From: a virus | Taxonomy: Duplodnaviria > Caudoviricetes | IMG/VR virus record: IMGVR_UViG_3300025600_000018 | Span: 7,629-71,628 of that record | Strand: one strand, 5' to 3' | Length of the DNA: 64,000 nt | In this document: positions 28,511 through 39,383 of the stretch, one piece after another | Layout of the letters: each line of letters begins with the position of its first letter | Position numbering within the stretch: position 1 is the first letter of the stretch | The notes under the pieces: generated by a model | The model's database searches: none | The model's input: only the letters and a program-made list of their open reading frames with translations | Told to the model about the DNA's origin: nothing | Made by a program: the position numbers and the translations under genes

Positions 28511-30460
28511 CTACTTTTGAACACTTAACCATTTTACAAATCTTTTTGCTTGATATTCAGTTATTTCTTTAACTTGTTTTTCTAATTTCCATTCTGATAA
28601 TAATCTTTGCCACTCATGTGTTTCTTCAAGTTGAGTATAATATTTAATTATTGAATTAAATTCTGATTTTTCTCTTTGCTTAATATGTTGTAATGCAATA
28701 TTCAAATATTTTATTGCATAAGCAAAATTAACTGGTCTTCCTCCAATTCTCCAATTACCAATGTTTCTATTTGTAATAGCATATTTTAACCACACACTAT
28801 TCATATAAGTTAAGTTTATAAATTCATCTTTATAAACTTCAAAATTTGATCTTGCACCTTTATCAGACCAACTTTTTTCAACAGAAACGAAAATACTATT
28901 ATTTTCAATTAAATTTATAGTATAAATCTTACCATTTTCAACATTACAATCATGTGTCCTATTTGCGTAGTTTCTACTTCTACTGCAATCACTATATCTA
29001 CCTTCTGTACCCCTATCTGTTAATCCTTGAACAAAAAGAACCATTTCTCCAATGCTAACATTTTCGTTTACTTTATTGACTATTCCTGAAAAATCTCCAA
29101 AACGATTATCTGAAATCCAATTATCAGCAGCACTATAAATAATATATTTGGATGGAGATGTAAATGATTGTGGTTCTGGTAAACTAATTATATTTTTATA
29201 TTCAAGCAATCCTTGTAGAATAGAGAAGATAAAATACCGACTTGCTATATCTTCCTTTGAACTACTTACCTTTTTTAAATTATCATTATCTTCATAAACA
29301 ACTTGTTTTTCCGATGGCACATAAAACATATCTTCTTTTATATTTATCATATCATCATCTGTCCAGCCTAAAAATACATTATCACCATTACGAACAATAA
29401 TTCCTATTTTTGTTCCATGAAATATTTCATAAGTACCAAGCATATTCTCCCATTCTGAATGAACTCCAAATACTTTATTATCCTTAGTCATTCTTATAAG
29501 TGTAATACATTTATCATTAAGACAAAATGTTTCAAGAGCTTCTGGGCTGTGCTTTAAAAACAATTCAAACTCTTTATGATCATTCCATTCAAGATTATAA
29601 ATACTTGCCATTTTACCTAATTCTTCATCAAGATATCTTACTTTTTGAAACAGCACAATAGGAGATTCAATATTAGCTTCTTTACCTTTCCTTATTTGAA
29701 TAAAATCTACTACTTCACCTAAAAAGCAACGAATACCATATATTTCCGTTTCAATAACAAAAAGTTGATTTTCTAACATTTGAATTTTTAATTGCATTTC
29801 TGCTTTCTTAGCATCAAGAATCGCCATCATATCTTGTTTTTGTTTTGCTAATATTTTCATCTTTTCATCAATTTCAGCTTGTAATTTTATAAGTTCACCA
29901 CTTTTTGAATTTTTAATATTATCCATTTCGGCTAATAATTCATTTACTTGATTCTTTTCTTCAAATAAAACATCATTAATATTTTTTATTGAAACATCGG
30001 TTAAAGCATTCATTGGAACTAAACTGGTAGTGCCAATATTTGTTTCATTAATTTTGGTTAAATTTCTAAGTTGAGATAATCTATATTCTGAATAATCTAC
30101 ATTAAATTCAATATTTAACCATCCATTAGGAATAATAAAAGTATTCCTATCAGTATTTCCAAATCGAATAACATCAAATAATTCGTGGTTATAAAGTAAT
30201 TCAAATGAAAGATTATAATCTAAAATATAATTTTGTAATTGAGTAATATTTTTAATAAATTCATCTGTATAATATTCAGATGATCTTTTAAATTGGTTAG
30301 AATGTATTCTTGAAAGCTTATCAATTTTCTCTTGCATTCCATAAAATAAATTTGTCCAATTATTTATGCCCCAATCATTACCATTAACTTTATACCATTC
30401 AATAAAATCATCAAAATTTATAAACATTGCTTTACCAATAACAATTAATTTATTAGACAT
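28511..30460 (-). CDS. Large hypothetical protein with central coiled coil
   Basis: 649 aa; long heptad region around residues 160-240; no recognised catalytic motif. Confidence 0.6.
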   Translation of the reverse strand: MSNKLIVIGKAMFINFDDFIEWYKVNGNDWGINNWTNLFYGMQEKIDKLSRIHSNQFKRSSEYYTDEFIKNITQLQNYILDYNLSFELLYNHELFDVIRFGNTDRNTFIIPNGWLNIEFNVDYSEYRLSQLRNLTKINETNIGTTSLVPMNALTDVSIKNINDVLFEEKNQVNELLAEMDNIKNSKSGELIKLQAEIDEKMKILAKQKQDMMAILDAKKAEMQLKIQMLENQLFVIETEIYGIRCFLGEVVDFIQIRKGKEANIESPIVLFQKVRYLDEELGKMASIYNLEWNDHKEFELFLKHSPEALETFCLNDKCITLIRMTKDNKVFGVHSEWENMLGTYEIFHGTKIGIIVRNGDNVFLGWTDDDMINIKEDMFYVPSEKQVVYEDNDNLKKVSSSKEDIASRYFIFSILQGLLEYKNIISLPEPQSFTSPSKYIIYSAADNWISDNRFGDFSGIVNKVNENVSIGEMVLFVQGLTDRGTEGRYSDCSRSRNYANRTHDCNVENGKIYTINLIENNSIFVSVEKSWSDKGARSNFEVYKDEFINLTYMNSVWLKYAITNRNIGNWRIGGRPVNFAYAIKYLNIALQHIKQREKSEFNSIIKYYTQLEETHEWQRLLSEWKLEKQVKEITEYQAKRFVKWLSVQK

Positions 30461-30499
30461 AATTTCTCCCTTCTTATTTCTTAATTGTGATTAAAAAGA

Positions 30500-30862
30500 T
30501 TATTTTGTATCAACTATATCATATTCTACTTCTGTTGGTTCATTTAACCAGTTTATCATATTTGTTAAACAAACCGTATCACAGTTTGAATTTTCGGCAG
30601 GACAACTATTACATTCAAAATGTAAACGTAAAAAATTTGCTAACCATTCAACATCTTGTGTAAATACTTCAAAGTTTGTCATCCTCTTAGATATTATTTC
30701 TTCATCTAATTGATTTTCATGTATGTCAAAATTTATTCCCAATTCTTCATCTCTTAATAAAAGATTATTACTAGGACTAATATTGGCTTCTCCCCATTTT
30801 TCAATAACCGTGCATTCTGATCCTTGATAAATTACTTTATCTCCTACATTTACTGTTTTCAT
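30500..30862 (-). CDS. Hypothetical protein
   Basis: 120-aa ORF; MTNFE...CNSCP...C..WLNEP phage motif. Confidence 0.5.
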   Translation of the reverse strand: MKTVNVGDKVIYQGSECTVIEKWGEANISPSNNLLLRDEELGINFDIHENQLDEEIISKRMTNFEVFTQDVEWLANFLRLHFECNSCPAENSNCDTVCLTNMINWLNEPTEVEYDIVDTK

Positions 30863-30902
30863 ATATTAGCCTCCTTAATTCAAACTGAAATGATTGATTT
30901 GA

Positions 30903-31592
30903 TTACTCTTTATATTTTATTAATATTCGGCTAATATTTTGTTTTGTTGTATTCTTGGCTTCGGAAATCTGTTTTATAGTCATACCTTTACTTATCATCT
31001 CAATAATTTCTTTATGCTTGTCTGGAATTATTAATTTAACTTGTTGTAATGATTCATTTTTACTTTTATATTTTAAAAACTCAACATATTCAAATAATTG
31101 TTTCTTTTGATCTTGAGTCATTTCATTAAATATATTTACTAAAACATAAGCATCATCTGTGCAGTTTTGCATTAAACTTTTTACATCTGATATACCTAAT
31201 AAATAATCTGTCGAACATTTAAATTCCTTAGATAATATTTTTAATGCTTCAATACTCGGATTACCACCGCTTTTCCATCCAGATAAGGTGCTATTACTAA
31301 TACCAATACTATCTAACATTGGAGAAGGTTTTACATTTCTAATATCACATAGCTCTTTCAATCTATAATAAAACTTTGATGTTTCAAATTGTTTTTGTTT
31401 AGATAAATTTATTAACTCTTCTGGTGATGATTCAAGATAATTTGATATTAATAAAATTCTTAAATGATTAGTTCTTGAAGGTTGATAATTTTCTAAAAAA
31501 CTTAAAGGTATTTTTAAATTATTTAATGTTTCATCAATTGTTCTGCCTCGTTTTTTACACATATCTTCAAGTTTATTTATAAACTCTGTCAT
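30903..31592 (-). CDS. XRE-family HTH transcriptional regulator (multi-HTH)
   Basis: Two XRE-like repeats (GISNSTLSGWKSGGNPS...STDYLLG) plus C-terminal HTH (GMTIKQISE...KQNISRIL). Confidence 0.8.
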   Translation of the reverse strand: MTEFINKLEDMCKKRGRTIDETLNNLKIPLSFLENYQPSRTNHLRILLISNYLESSPEELINLSKQKQFETSKFYYRLKELCDIRNVKPSPMLDSIGISNSTLSGWKSGGNPSIEALKILSKEFKCSTDYLLGISDVKSLMQNCTDDAYVLVNIFNEMTQDQKKQLFEYVEFLKYKSKNESLQQVKLIIPDKHKEIIEMISKGMTIKQISEAKNTTKQNISRILIKYKE

Positions 31593-31638
31593 AAAATTAT
31601 CTCCTTAAATCAATTTAAAATCGGTCTTTCATATTAAC

Positions 31639-31896
31639 TTATGTTTTTCTTAATTTTTCTACTGTTTTAATTGCATCAATTCTATTAATGAATATAGATT
31701 TATTAATATCTTTCTCTGTAAAATAATCCTTTTTATAGCATCCATAAATATCTCTATATTCACAGTCATATCCAATATAGGTTCTTGAATTAGTTAAAGA
31801 ACATCTAACAGTATTAATTCTAATTGGTAGTATTTCTTTGTCTTTAATTCTAAAAACAGTTTCATCTGTTGCACAAGAAAATTCAACTTTATACAA
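31639..31896 (-). CDS. Hypothetical protein
   Basis: ORF bounded by palindromes. Confidence 0.45.
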   Translation of the reverse strand: MYKVEFSCATDETVFRIKDKEILPIRINTVRCSLTNSRTYIGYDCEYRDIYGCYKKDYFTEKDINKSIFINRIDAIKTVEKLRKT

Positions 31897-31934
31897 TTTT
31901 ATACCTCATTTCTGTTCCAAATTCGCATTTTAAC

Positions 31935-32156
31935 CTAATTATACATACTAGCATTATATTTATCTATTGCTTCTTGTAACGTATCACAATCATAAATTCC
32001 ACCGTCTACATAGGCTTGATATGTTATCTTATTTTTATAAGGATTACATATAGCATTAATTTTTCTTGCACCTTTTAAAGTTTTTATATCTACAGCAATT
32101 TCAAAAACATGTACATAATTATTAAGTTCTTCAATATTTATATCTGTATTTTTCAT
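31935..32156 (-). CDS. Hypothetical protein
   Basis: ORF bounded by palindromes. Confidence 0.5.
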   Translation of the reverse strand: MKNTDINIEELNNYVHVFEIAVDIKTLKGARKINAICNPYKNKITYQAYVDGGIYDCDTLQEAIDKYNASMYN

Positions 32157-32366
32157 AATCTATCACCTTTCAAATTGTGTTCCAATCTCATATTTCATCG
32201 CAATATCCATTATCATAACATTCTTCACAAATGTCTTGATTGACTAACATCTGTTGATTTTCTGTTAATGATTCCATTCCTAATGCATCTGCCTGTCTAC
32301 AAAGTTCATTATATAAGTCTTGATCTGGCGTATAAATTTTATCCCCACAATGTTTACAATAAGACA

Positions 32367-32669
32367 TTAATTATCACCAGCTTCTTGTCTTTCTGATTTC
32401 AAAATATCTATGACCTCATTAAGTTTTAATAATACTTCTTTGCTGCATTTAATATCAAAACCTTCTTTAATGAGATTTATTAAATCCTGTACCATTTCTT
32501 CTGGTTGCTCAGTAGTATCATATTTTTGAAAACATACCTTGTTACCGTCTATAAACAATTCAAACGGATCACCATCATGAATCCTCATTGTTCTACGAAT
32601 TTCTTTTGGAATAACTACCCTACCTAAATCATCTATTCTTCTAATAATACCAGTTGCTCTCATAATCAT
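32367..32669 (-). CDS. abrB: AbrB/SpoVT-family transcriptional regulator
   Basis: MRATGIIRRIDDLGRVVIPKEIRRTMRIHDGDPFELF. Confidence 0.85.
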   Translation of the reverse strand: MIMRATGIIRRIDDLGRVVIPKEIRRTMRIHDGDPFELFIDGNKVCFQKYDTTEQPEEMVQDLINLIKEGFDIKCSKEVLLKLNEVIDILKSERQEAGDN

Positions 32670-32749
32670 TCCTGCTTTCTTATTATATAATATTTACTCT
32701 AAATCTGCAATAGAATTAACTGTTTTCGAAATAGCCATTTTGTTATGAT

Positions 32750-32995
32750 TTAGATTCTTTCGGATATCAGCTTTCCATAACATTTAATAGGAAAGTGATA
32801 AGTGCCAAATACAGTTGATCCATCAAATAAAACTATATACTCCCAAACCTTTTCTAATCTAACTAAATCAACAATGATTCCTTTATGCTCAATTCCAAAA
32901 CGTGTAGCTATAACTTCTTGTTTCAGTTTTAAAGGTAAAAATAAAAATATAACAGTTGTAATTAAATCATGAATAGGTCTTTTATGATACTTCAT
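32750..32995 (-). CDS. Hypothetical protein
   Basis: ORF downstream of the promoter at 33028-33056. Confidence 0.45.
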   Translation of the reverse strand: MKYHKRPIHDLITTVIFLFLPLKLKQEVIATRFGIEHKGIIVDLVRLEKVWEYIVLFDGSTVFGTYHFPIKCYGKLISERI

Positions 32996-33027
32996 ATAGT
33001 CACTTCCTCTCTTTATTATCTTACCTA

Positions 33028-33056
33028 ATTATACTATATTTTATTTTACTTGTCAA
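33028..33056 (-). promoter_or_regulatory. Consensus sigmaA promoter
   Basis: TTGACA-17-TATAAT. Confidence 0.8.
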
Positions 33057-33079
33057 TACTTATTTACAAATCTTTTATA

Positions 33080-33340
33080 TTAATTGTTTAGTGTGTTGAT
33101 TGACCTTAGATATTTGTCACAAAATTGTTGTGCTGCTTGGCGTGATATATTTAAACTTTCTCCAATTATCTTAAATGTTAATTTATTATTGCTTTGTCTT
33201 AGGTTATATATTTCCTTTCCATGTTCATTGTTGTAGGCTCTACCGCCATTGTTAAGACGGTAGCCTATCTTTGTGTATTCAGGTCTATAAGTGTTGCTCC
33301 ATGCCTTATTACGACCTGCGTTAGGTGTGTTATTGTTCAT
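33080..33340 (-). CDS. Small HTH protein (sigma70 region 4-like)
   Basis: LTFKIIGESLNISRQAAQQ. Confidence 0.55.
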   Translation of the reverse strand: MNNNTPNAGRNKAWSNTYRPEYTKIGYRLNNGGRAYNNEHGKEIYNLRQSNNKLTFKIIGESLNISRQAAQQFCDKYLRSINTLNN

Positions 33341-33343
33341 CTG

Positions 33344-34951
33344 TTATGCTCCAATCATTAATAAACTTGCTGTGTTGACTATATAATAATCCTTATTGTT
33401 CATTACCTTGTTATAGTTTTCCTCACCTTGAAATTCATCAATTACACTTTTTTCTTCAATATCCATATCTTTATATTTCTTTTTACCGTATGCAGGTGGC
33501 AACCATCCTTTTTTGGTGCTTCCAAAAATATTGAATCTATCAAGTAAATCCATGTTTAAAAACTCCAAATGGCATGTGCCTTTTTTGAAAAAAGTTGCTC
33601 TAAAGAACTTTAATTCAATTTTTGCAGAAATATTATCTTTTTTCGCTTGTTTTAATATTTCTCTTATATCAACATTTTCTGTTACTCCACCGTCAAGATA
33701 ATTAAAAACCTTTTCAACATCTTCAAGTTTATTAATAGTTTTATAATCAAAATCAAGGCTTTTACTCCATGAATCAAAACCAGCAAGTGGTATGATCACT
33801 TTCTTATTAATTTTCCAGCCCTTATTAGTTTTCCAGCCATTAAAATAATGAATATTTTTTGACGTTTCATCATACCAGTTATGCTTGTGAGAAAATTCAT
33901 CAAATAAACTTAGAATAGTATCATCTACACCCCTTGTTACTTTACTCATCATTTCGACTTGGACTGACTGAATGTTATACAATGAAAAATCATAATCAAC
34001 TAATTTATTAACTCTGTTATGGTATTCCTCTCTTAAATTTGATGTAAGCATATTCATAAAATCTGGATTATTAAATAATGCCGACCAGTATTTACGCCTT
34101 ACCATTTTAACATAATCATTAATCCTTAAATGATCTCTGTTATTATGTTCTACGTCAACAACTAAACTTAAAATTGGATTACTATTCTTTTCTTTAAGAT
34201 TTTTCAAGATAAACGGTTGCATTGCTTCATATTCTTCAATGAGTCCAATACCAGCTTCAATTTCTAATTTATATTGATCTATTATATTAGTAACAAAATC
34301 TTTTTTAATGATACCTGTTATGCTTTCTGTTATACGTTCTTGCTCGTGTTTTTCTCTTAAACCTGTTAAGATATAACTTTCATTTTGTTGTGCTGGAATA
34401 TCAATTTTAATTAATGCAATTTCTACTCCTGTTTTTCGTTCTGCTACTATAAAAGCATCTGATATATATTCAATAGTTGCATTGAGTTCTTCAAGTTTAC
34501 GCACTAAATCCTTTCTGTTATTGCTATATGGATTCTTTAAGGTTTCTGCATTTAGTAAACATACAATCTTACCGCCATGTTGTTGCATCTCAATTGCTTT
34601 TGCAAGATGTAAATTTCCATTTAAAAATGGCGGGTTCATAATAATTAGAGAATATCTTTTGTATGTATCATACTTTAAAAAGTCATCAGATACAAGTCTA
34701 TATTCTTTGCCTTTAAGAATGTGTTGTAAATTGGTGTCAATTTCAATTGTATCAATGTCATAATCAGAGTTCTTACTGTTATAGCCGTATCTGCGTTCAT
34801 TTTTAAATTTATTACGAATAGCATCTATTAAGTCCCCTTTACCAGCACTTGGTTCTAAGACGGAAGTAATAAACATAAAATCAATACCGCTTAACATCTT
34901 ATGAATTAGATTTGCAGGTGTTGGATAAAATTCTTCAATATCATTTAACAT
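33344..34951 (-). CDS. DUF4942-domain class I SAM-dependent (N6-adenine-type) DNA methyltransferase
   Basis: EFYPTP, VLEPSAGKG, IIMNPPF; C-terminal FFKKGTCHLEF typical of DUF4942. Confidence 0.85.
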   Translation of the reverse strand: MLNDIEEFYPTPANLIHKMLSGIDFMFITSVLEPSAGKGDLIDAIRNKFKNERRYGYNSKNSDYDIDTIEIDTNLQHILKGKEYRLVSDDFLKYDTYKRYSLIIMNPPFLNGNLHLAKAIEMQQHGGKIVCLLNAETLKNPYSNNRKDLVRKLEELNATIEYISDAFIVAERKTGVEIALIKIDIPAQQNESYILTGLREKHEQERITESITGIIKKDFVTNIIDQYKLEIEAGIGLIEEYEAMQPFILKNLKEKNSNPILSLVVDVEHNNRDHLRINDYVKMVRRKYWSALFNNPDFMNMLTSNLREEYHNRVNKLVDYDFSLYNIQSVQVEMMSKVTRGVDDTILSLFDEFSHKHNWYDETSKNIHYFNGWKTNKGWKINKKVIIPLAGFDSWSKSLDFDYKTINKLEDVEKVFNYLDGGVTENVDIREILKQAKKDNISAKIELKFFRATFFKKGTCHLEFLNMDLLDRFNIFGSTKKGWLPPAYGKKKYKDMDIEEKSVIDEFQGEENYNKVMNNKDYYIVNTASLLMIGA

Positions 34952-35164
34952 ATAAATACACCTCTGTTATTGTTTTTGCTTGATATGGATGTTATCAATT
35001 CTCTTTGTGCTTCTTGCATCGTATCAGAAGAGAAAAGAAATACTCCATTTAATATAACTTCAATATGCTCCATGACTTGTTTATATATTATATTATTTGC
35101 CATTATTGTTATCCTCCTGTTATTATATTTTAACTGTTTTATTGTGCTTGAAATTAAAGTTTTG

Positions 35165-35668
35165 TTATAAGTTGACTCTGTCTATTTCATTTTTTAATAA
35201 AAACATAAAGGTGTAAAATTTATAGTCATTTGTTATACTCAATATAAAGTATTTTTTATTATCCTCATAACGGCTTTTGATTTTATAATAATCTGGAAAA
35301 CCCTGATAATAAAAACTATCATCTCTACTTAAAAATAAACCATCTTGTATTAAAATTAAATCTTTATCATTAATTATTGCCATCTCATAACCATAAAAAT
35401 TTTCTCTAAATACCATTTTGCAGCCCTTATAATTCATAAATATAACTGGATTTGTTATGCTTTTACTCGTATGCTCTCCAATAACTGAATGATGCTCATT
35501 AACAAAATCATAATACTTTTCATAATCTTCCTCTTGATTGTTATAAAATAAAGGCAATATTGTATCTCTCCAAAAAATAATATTATCCCAAAATGCCTTT
35601 TCATAATACATTTCTTTCTTTGGTATATTTGCCATTGCCCAATTTTGCAAATTCAATTCCTTGCTCAT
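35165..35668 (-). CDS. Hypothetical early protein
   Basis: 167-aa ORF. Confidence 0.55.
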   Translation of the reverse strand: MSKELNLQNWAMANIPKKEMYYEKAFWDNIIFWRDTILPLFYNNQEEDYEKYYDFVNEHHSVIGEHTSKSITNPVIFMNYKGCKMVFRENFYGYEMAIINDKDLILIQDGLFLSRDDSFYYQGFPDYYKIKSRYEDNKKYFILSITNDYKFYTFMFLLKNEIDRVNL

Positions 35669-35672
35669 ACTC

Positions 35673-35996
35673 TTAACCCCTTCTGTTATAGTTATTATTG
35701 ATTTGTTGCATATTCATGATATAATACAAATTTCTACTTATCTCATATTCTGCATCACTTTCCGTCACTTCTGGTAGTGCTTCTGTTATCGTTTCCAGTT
35801 CAGTATGTTCACCAGCGTTATACTTTCTGTGTATGCCATTCCATTTTTGAATGTGCAAATAAGTACCTGAAACATCTTGTGTTATACATATTGGAGTGAT
35901 TTTATCATAGTTTGTATATATTGTCGTAGACTCTGGATCTTCCTCGTCACATATAGAAATTAAATTATATTGCTTAACTGCTGCTTGTATTGTCAT
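35673..35996 (-). CDS. Hypothetical early protein
   Basis: Likely start MTIQ at 35996 after GGTAGG-TATAACAC. Confidence 0.5.
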   Translation of the reverse strand: MTIQAAVKQYNLISICDEEDPESTTIYTNYDKITPICITQDVSGTYLHIQKWNGIHRKYNAGEHTELETITEALPEVTESDAEYEISRNLYYIMNMQQINNNYNRRG

Positions 35997-36220
35997 CGTG
36001 TTATACCTACCCTTCTCAATATTTAAACTTAACTCCACAATAATTAAAATACCTATCATTTATATGTTCTTTAAGTTTTTCTTCTAATTCTTCACGTTCT
36101 ATTTGTGTTAATGGTTTTGGTTTATCCGCTTTTGATACATAATCTTTTTTGTTTCTATTCCTCTTCAATTAAATCATCCTTTCTATTATGCTTTAATTAT
36201 GGTTAAATCTGCTGTTTTAA

Positions 36221-36523
36221 TCAATTATTAATTCTCCATAGCAAATGATTCTCAACCAATTCTTTACCTCCTAAATCAGAACAATCTATTATATTAAGTT
36301 TAACCTGCTCTAAATAATATTTATCGTTCATCTTTTCAGTATAATTATAAAACTCAAAAGGTTTATTTCCATTTTTATTTCTACTTTCTGAATGATATAA
36401 CCATGCTTTTAATTGTAGTTTAGTTGTTAAACAACATCCATTATAATCATTATTAAAAATTTTTCTAACTTCTTCAATCGTTGTTAAACCGTTATCTGTT
36501 ATACTCTTATTCAAGATTTTCAC
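36221..36523 (-). CDS. Hypothetical early protein
   Basis: 100-aa ORF. Confidence 0.5.
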   Translation of the reverse strand: MKILNKSITDNGLTTIEEVRKIFNNDYNGCCLTTKLQLKAWLYHSESRNKNGNKPFEFYNYTEKMNDKYYLEQVKLNIIDCSDLGGKELVENHLLWRINN

Positions 36524-36556
36524 CCTTTCTGTTATATCAAAATCGCTGTTTTGTTA

Positions 36557-36869
36557 TCATTGGACTAATTGAATATCATCTCTAATTTTATTTAATTGCT
36601 CTATTATTCCATCTTGATTCTTACAAATAATCCTTGTTCCTTCTGCTTTTATATTATTTAATTCTCTAAAAGAAATAGAAAAACTTTCAGGACACCGATA
36701 TCCACTAGTAACGCTAATCCAATATTTTTTATTTAATGCTTTGCTTATAGCTACAATATTCATAGGATCAAATAAACTGGGTATTCCTGCTTGATTAAAT
36801 TCATCGAATCCTACATCAAATAGTCTTTTTCTAATTTTTAAGTATTTACCGTCATAGTTTTCCGCCATG
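36557..36869 (-). CDS. Hypothetical early protein
   Basis: Likely start MAEN at 36869 after GAGG-TATAACAGC. Confidence 0.5.
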
Positions 36870-36885
36870 CTGTTATACCTCACTT

Positions 36886-36910
36886 TTATTATTTTAGTTG
36901 TGTTATACTA
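36886..36910. repeat. 25-bp intergenic repeat, copy 1
   Basis: TTATTATTTTAGTTGTGTTATACTA, identical at 39488-39512; variant at 41379-41399. Confidence 0.8.
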
Positions 36911-37405
36911 AAATGCCACATCTACTCTATTATCATAAACTGGATTATACATTTTTAATAGTTCAACTATATCATCATGTTTTTCTTTGATCTCTGCAAT
37001 TGCATTTACAATATCTATTGGTACTTCATATACTCTTGATAAATCTTGTAAATAATCTGATCTGTTATTGAATCCCATATCTAAATACTTTTTAACTTTT
37101 AGATAATCTTCTTCAAAAGGAATGGAATTAAAACGATCAACTAATGACTTATAACGATCTGATTCTATACATTCAATAGCTTTTGGAATTAGTCTATCAA
37201 GTTCGGCAGATATATAGCTTTTAAACTCATCCATTATCTTTGTACCTGTTGTTAGTTCTGTTATGTTATAGTTTCTTCCCATTTTGCGTATACCCAATTT
37301 TAACTCTGGATAATCAGCTAAGATAAATTCATTTCCTGTCACTTGCTGCTTAAACTCTTTCCAAGCTACACAATACTCAATTTCTTTCCCTATAATATAC
37401 TTCAT
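36908..37405 (-). CDS. Hypothetical early protein
   Basis: Likely start MKYII at 37405 after GAGG-TATAACACA. Confidence 0.5.
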   Translation of the reverse strand: MKYIIGKEIEYCVAWKEFKQQVTGNEFILADYPELKLGIRKMGRNYNITELTTGTKIMDEFKSYISAELDRLIPKAIECIESDRYKSLVDRFNSIPFEEDYLKVKKYLDMGFNNRSDYLQDLSRVYEVPIDIVNAIAEIKEKHDDIVELLKMYNPVYDNRVDVAF

Positions 37406-37471
37406 TGTGTTATACCTCAATCTTATATTTTATTTGTGTTGGTTCAAAATTGCTCTTTTATGCACTGTTCG

Positions 37472-37666
37472 TTATGCCCTACACTCTTTAAATTTTATAC
37501 TTAAAATTTTATAACCACACCTATCTGCTTCTTCATACATAATTTCTATTGCTTGTTTTTTACTTTTTGCCCAAGCACCACAAATTGTATTATAATCCTT
37601 ATCACTAAAATCAAAGTGAGCCTCAAAACTATATAATTTATCTTTTGTCATTGTCATTTTACGCAC
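37472..37666 (-). CDS. Hypothetical early protein
   Basis: 64-aa ORF. Confidence 0.45.
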   Translation of the reverse strand: MRKMTMTKDKLYSFEAHFDFSDKDYNTICGAWAKSKKQAIEIMYEEADRCGYKILSIKFKECRA

Positions 37667-38484
37667 TACCTTTCAAATTATTATTTTGTTATAAGTCTGT
37701 TATTTCTTTTAATATACTTTTATTAATTAAATTAACAAGGTAACACTGAAACGGGATAGTTAATTTAGATAAATCATAATTTTTTAACATTTCCTCGTAC
37801 ATCTTTCTTACTTTATTTTCTGTTATAATTTTATCAGGGTATTGATAATGTATAAATTTACGCATTTATAAAACCACCCATTCTTATTAATATTTTAAGT
37901 TCCACCAAGCCTGCTATCGTATCAAGATTTTCCATTTGTATTTTCATATCCTCAGTGTTATCGCTCCCGGCTTTGCAGATTGCATAATTCAACTGTTATA
38001 CCCCACTGTTAATCTGTTATTCAACACTGTCTATATTTTGTAAATAATGTTGTAAAGTTTTTTGAACCCTGCTAAATGCTTCAATTTGTATTCTACCTTC
38101 TTTTGTTTTCTTACACAAAAATTCATAATTGTGTGCTATTTCTATAGCAAATTCAAGTGTATTTTTGTCAAGATTCAATGCTGCAATTGACATTTAAATC
38201 ATTTCCTTTCTTAATAAAATCACCGTTTCGTATTAAGTGCTGCTGTTATAGATTAATCATCACAAAAACATAGCTCATTTGATTTATTACATTTAGGACA
38301 CCTATAGTCATCTAATTCATTTTTATTTAATTCTATACTTTCATTTTTTATTTTATCAACTAACTTTTGCATTTTTAATTTATGATCTTTATGTTTGCAA
38401 TAAATTTCCATTGTTATTACCTGCTTTCTACTTATTTTAATTGTTATAGCTATTTAGTTCAAAACCAATATTTCATGTACTCTG

Positions 38485-38739
38485 TTATAGGTTAAAGCTA
38501 TTACTTTTAAAATAATTTTCAATTGCATAAACTTTATCCCATGTTGATTCTTTTGCTCTGCCTCTGCCCTTTGATAACCATACTAATGTACTGCCTTTAA
38601 ATTCTCTGCCGTCTACAGTACCAAAAGAACGGATCATATCAATATTTCTGCGCCATATTAAATAATTACCTTCATCATCTATTATTTTAACTGTTTTGAA
38701 CTCTTGATTTAATATGACATTCATTATAAAACACTCCAT
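38485..38739 (-). CDS. Hypothetical early protein
   Basis: ORF downstream of the promoter at 38773-38801. Confidence 0.5.
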   Translation of the reverse strand: MECFIMNVILNQEFKTVKIIDDEGNYLIWRRNIDMIRSFGTVDGREFKGSTLVWLSKGRGRAKESTWDKVYAIENYFKSNSFNL

Positions 38740-38772
38740 TTGTATTAAATTTTTATCTCTTAATCTATTAAT

Positions 38773-38801
38773 AGTATATGCTTATATATTGCCCTTGTCA
38801 A
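38773..38801 (-). promoter_or_regulatory. sigmaA promoter
   Basis: TTGACA-17-TATACT. Confidence 0.75.
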
Positions 38802-38866
38802 TGCTTTTTATACCTATTTCTAAATATATTTTATATTAACTATCTACTTATGTATTTTAGCTTAAT

Positions 38867-39271
38867 TTATGATACTAAGCCAAAACTAATCCTTAATGCT
38901 CTATCAATATTCATAATAATTTCATCACCTAAATGCCCTATTTTTTGCTTGAGTCTGCTTTTATCAATTGTCCTGACTTGCTCCAATAGTACCACTGAAT
39001 CACTCTGTAAACCGTTTGTTACTGCATCTAGTAATATATGCGTAGGCAATTTTGCTTTGCTTATTTGGCTTGTTATGGCGGTTGCAATGACTGTCGGTGA
39101 ATACTTGTTCCCAATATCATTTTGAATTATTAATACTGGTCTTAAACCGCCTTGCTCTGATCCTGCATTACCTGATAAATCAGCAAAGTATATATCACCA
39201 CGCTTGATATTTTGTATCTGTGCTACTCGTATTGTGGGTTGTGCTGCTGTTAATGTATTTGTGTTAATCAT
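38867..39271 (-). CDS. mazF: MazF/PemK (EndoA/NdoA-type) endoribonuclease with no adjacent MazE
   Basis: [41 protein letters not shown]...[17 protein letters not shown]. Confidence 0.93.
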   Translation of the reverse strand: MINTNTLTAAQPTIRVAQIQNIKRGDIYFADLSGNAGSEQGGLRPVLIIQNDIGNKYSPTVIATAITSQISKAKLPTHILLDAVTNGLQSDSVVLLEQVRTIDKSRLKQKIGHLGDEIIMNIDRALRISFGLVS

Positions 39272-39383
39272 TTTGTTGTTATCCCCTTTTTATTTATTTT
39301 TTAATATCACCTCTTTACTTCCTTTTATTTTTAAGAGGTTGCTGGCGTTTATTTTCCTGTCATTCCTTCCGGCTTAAATTATA

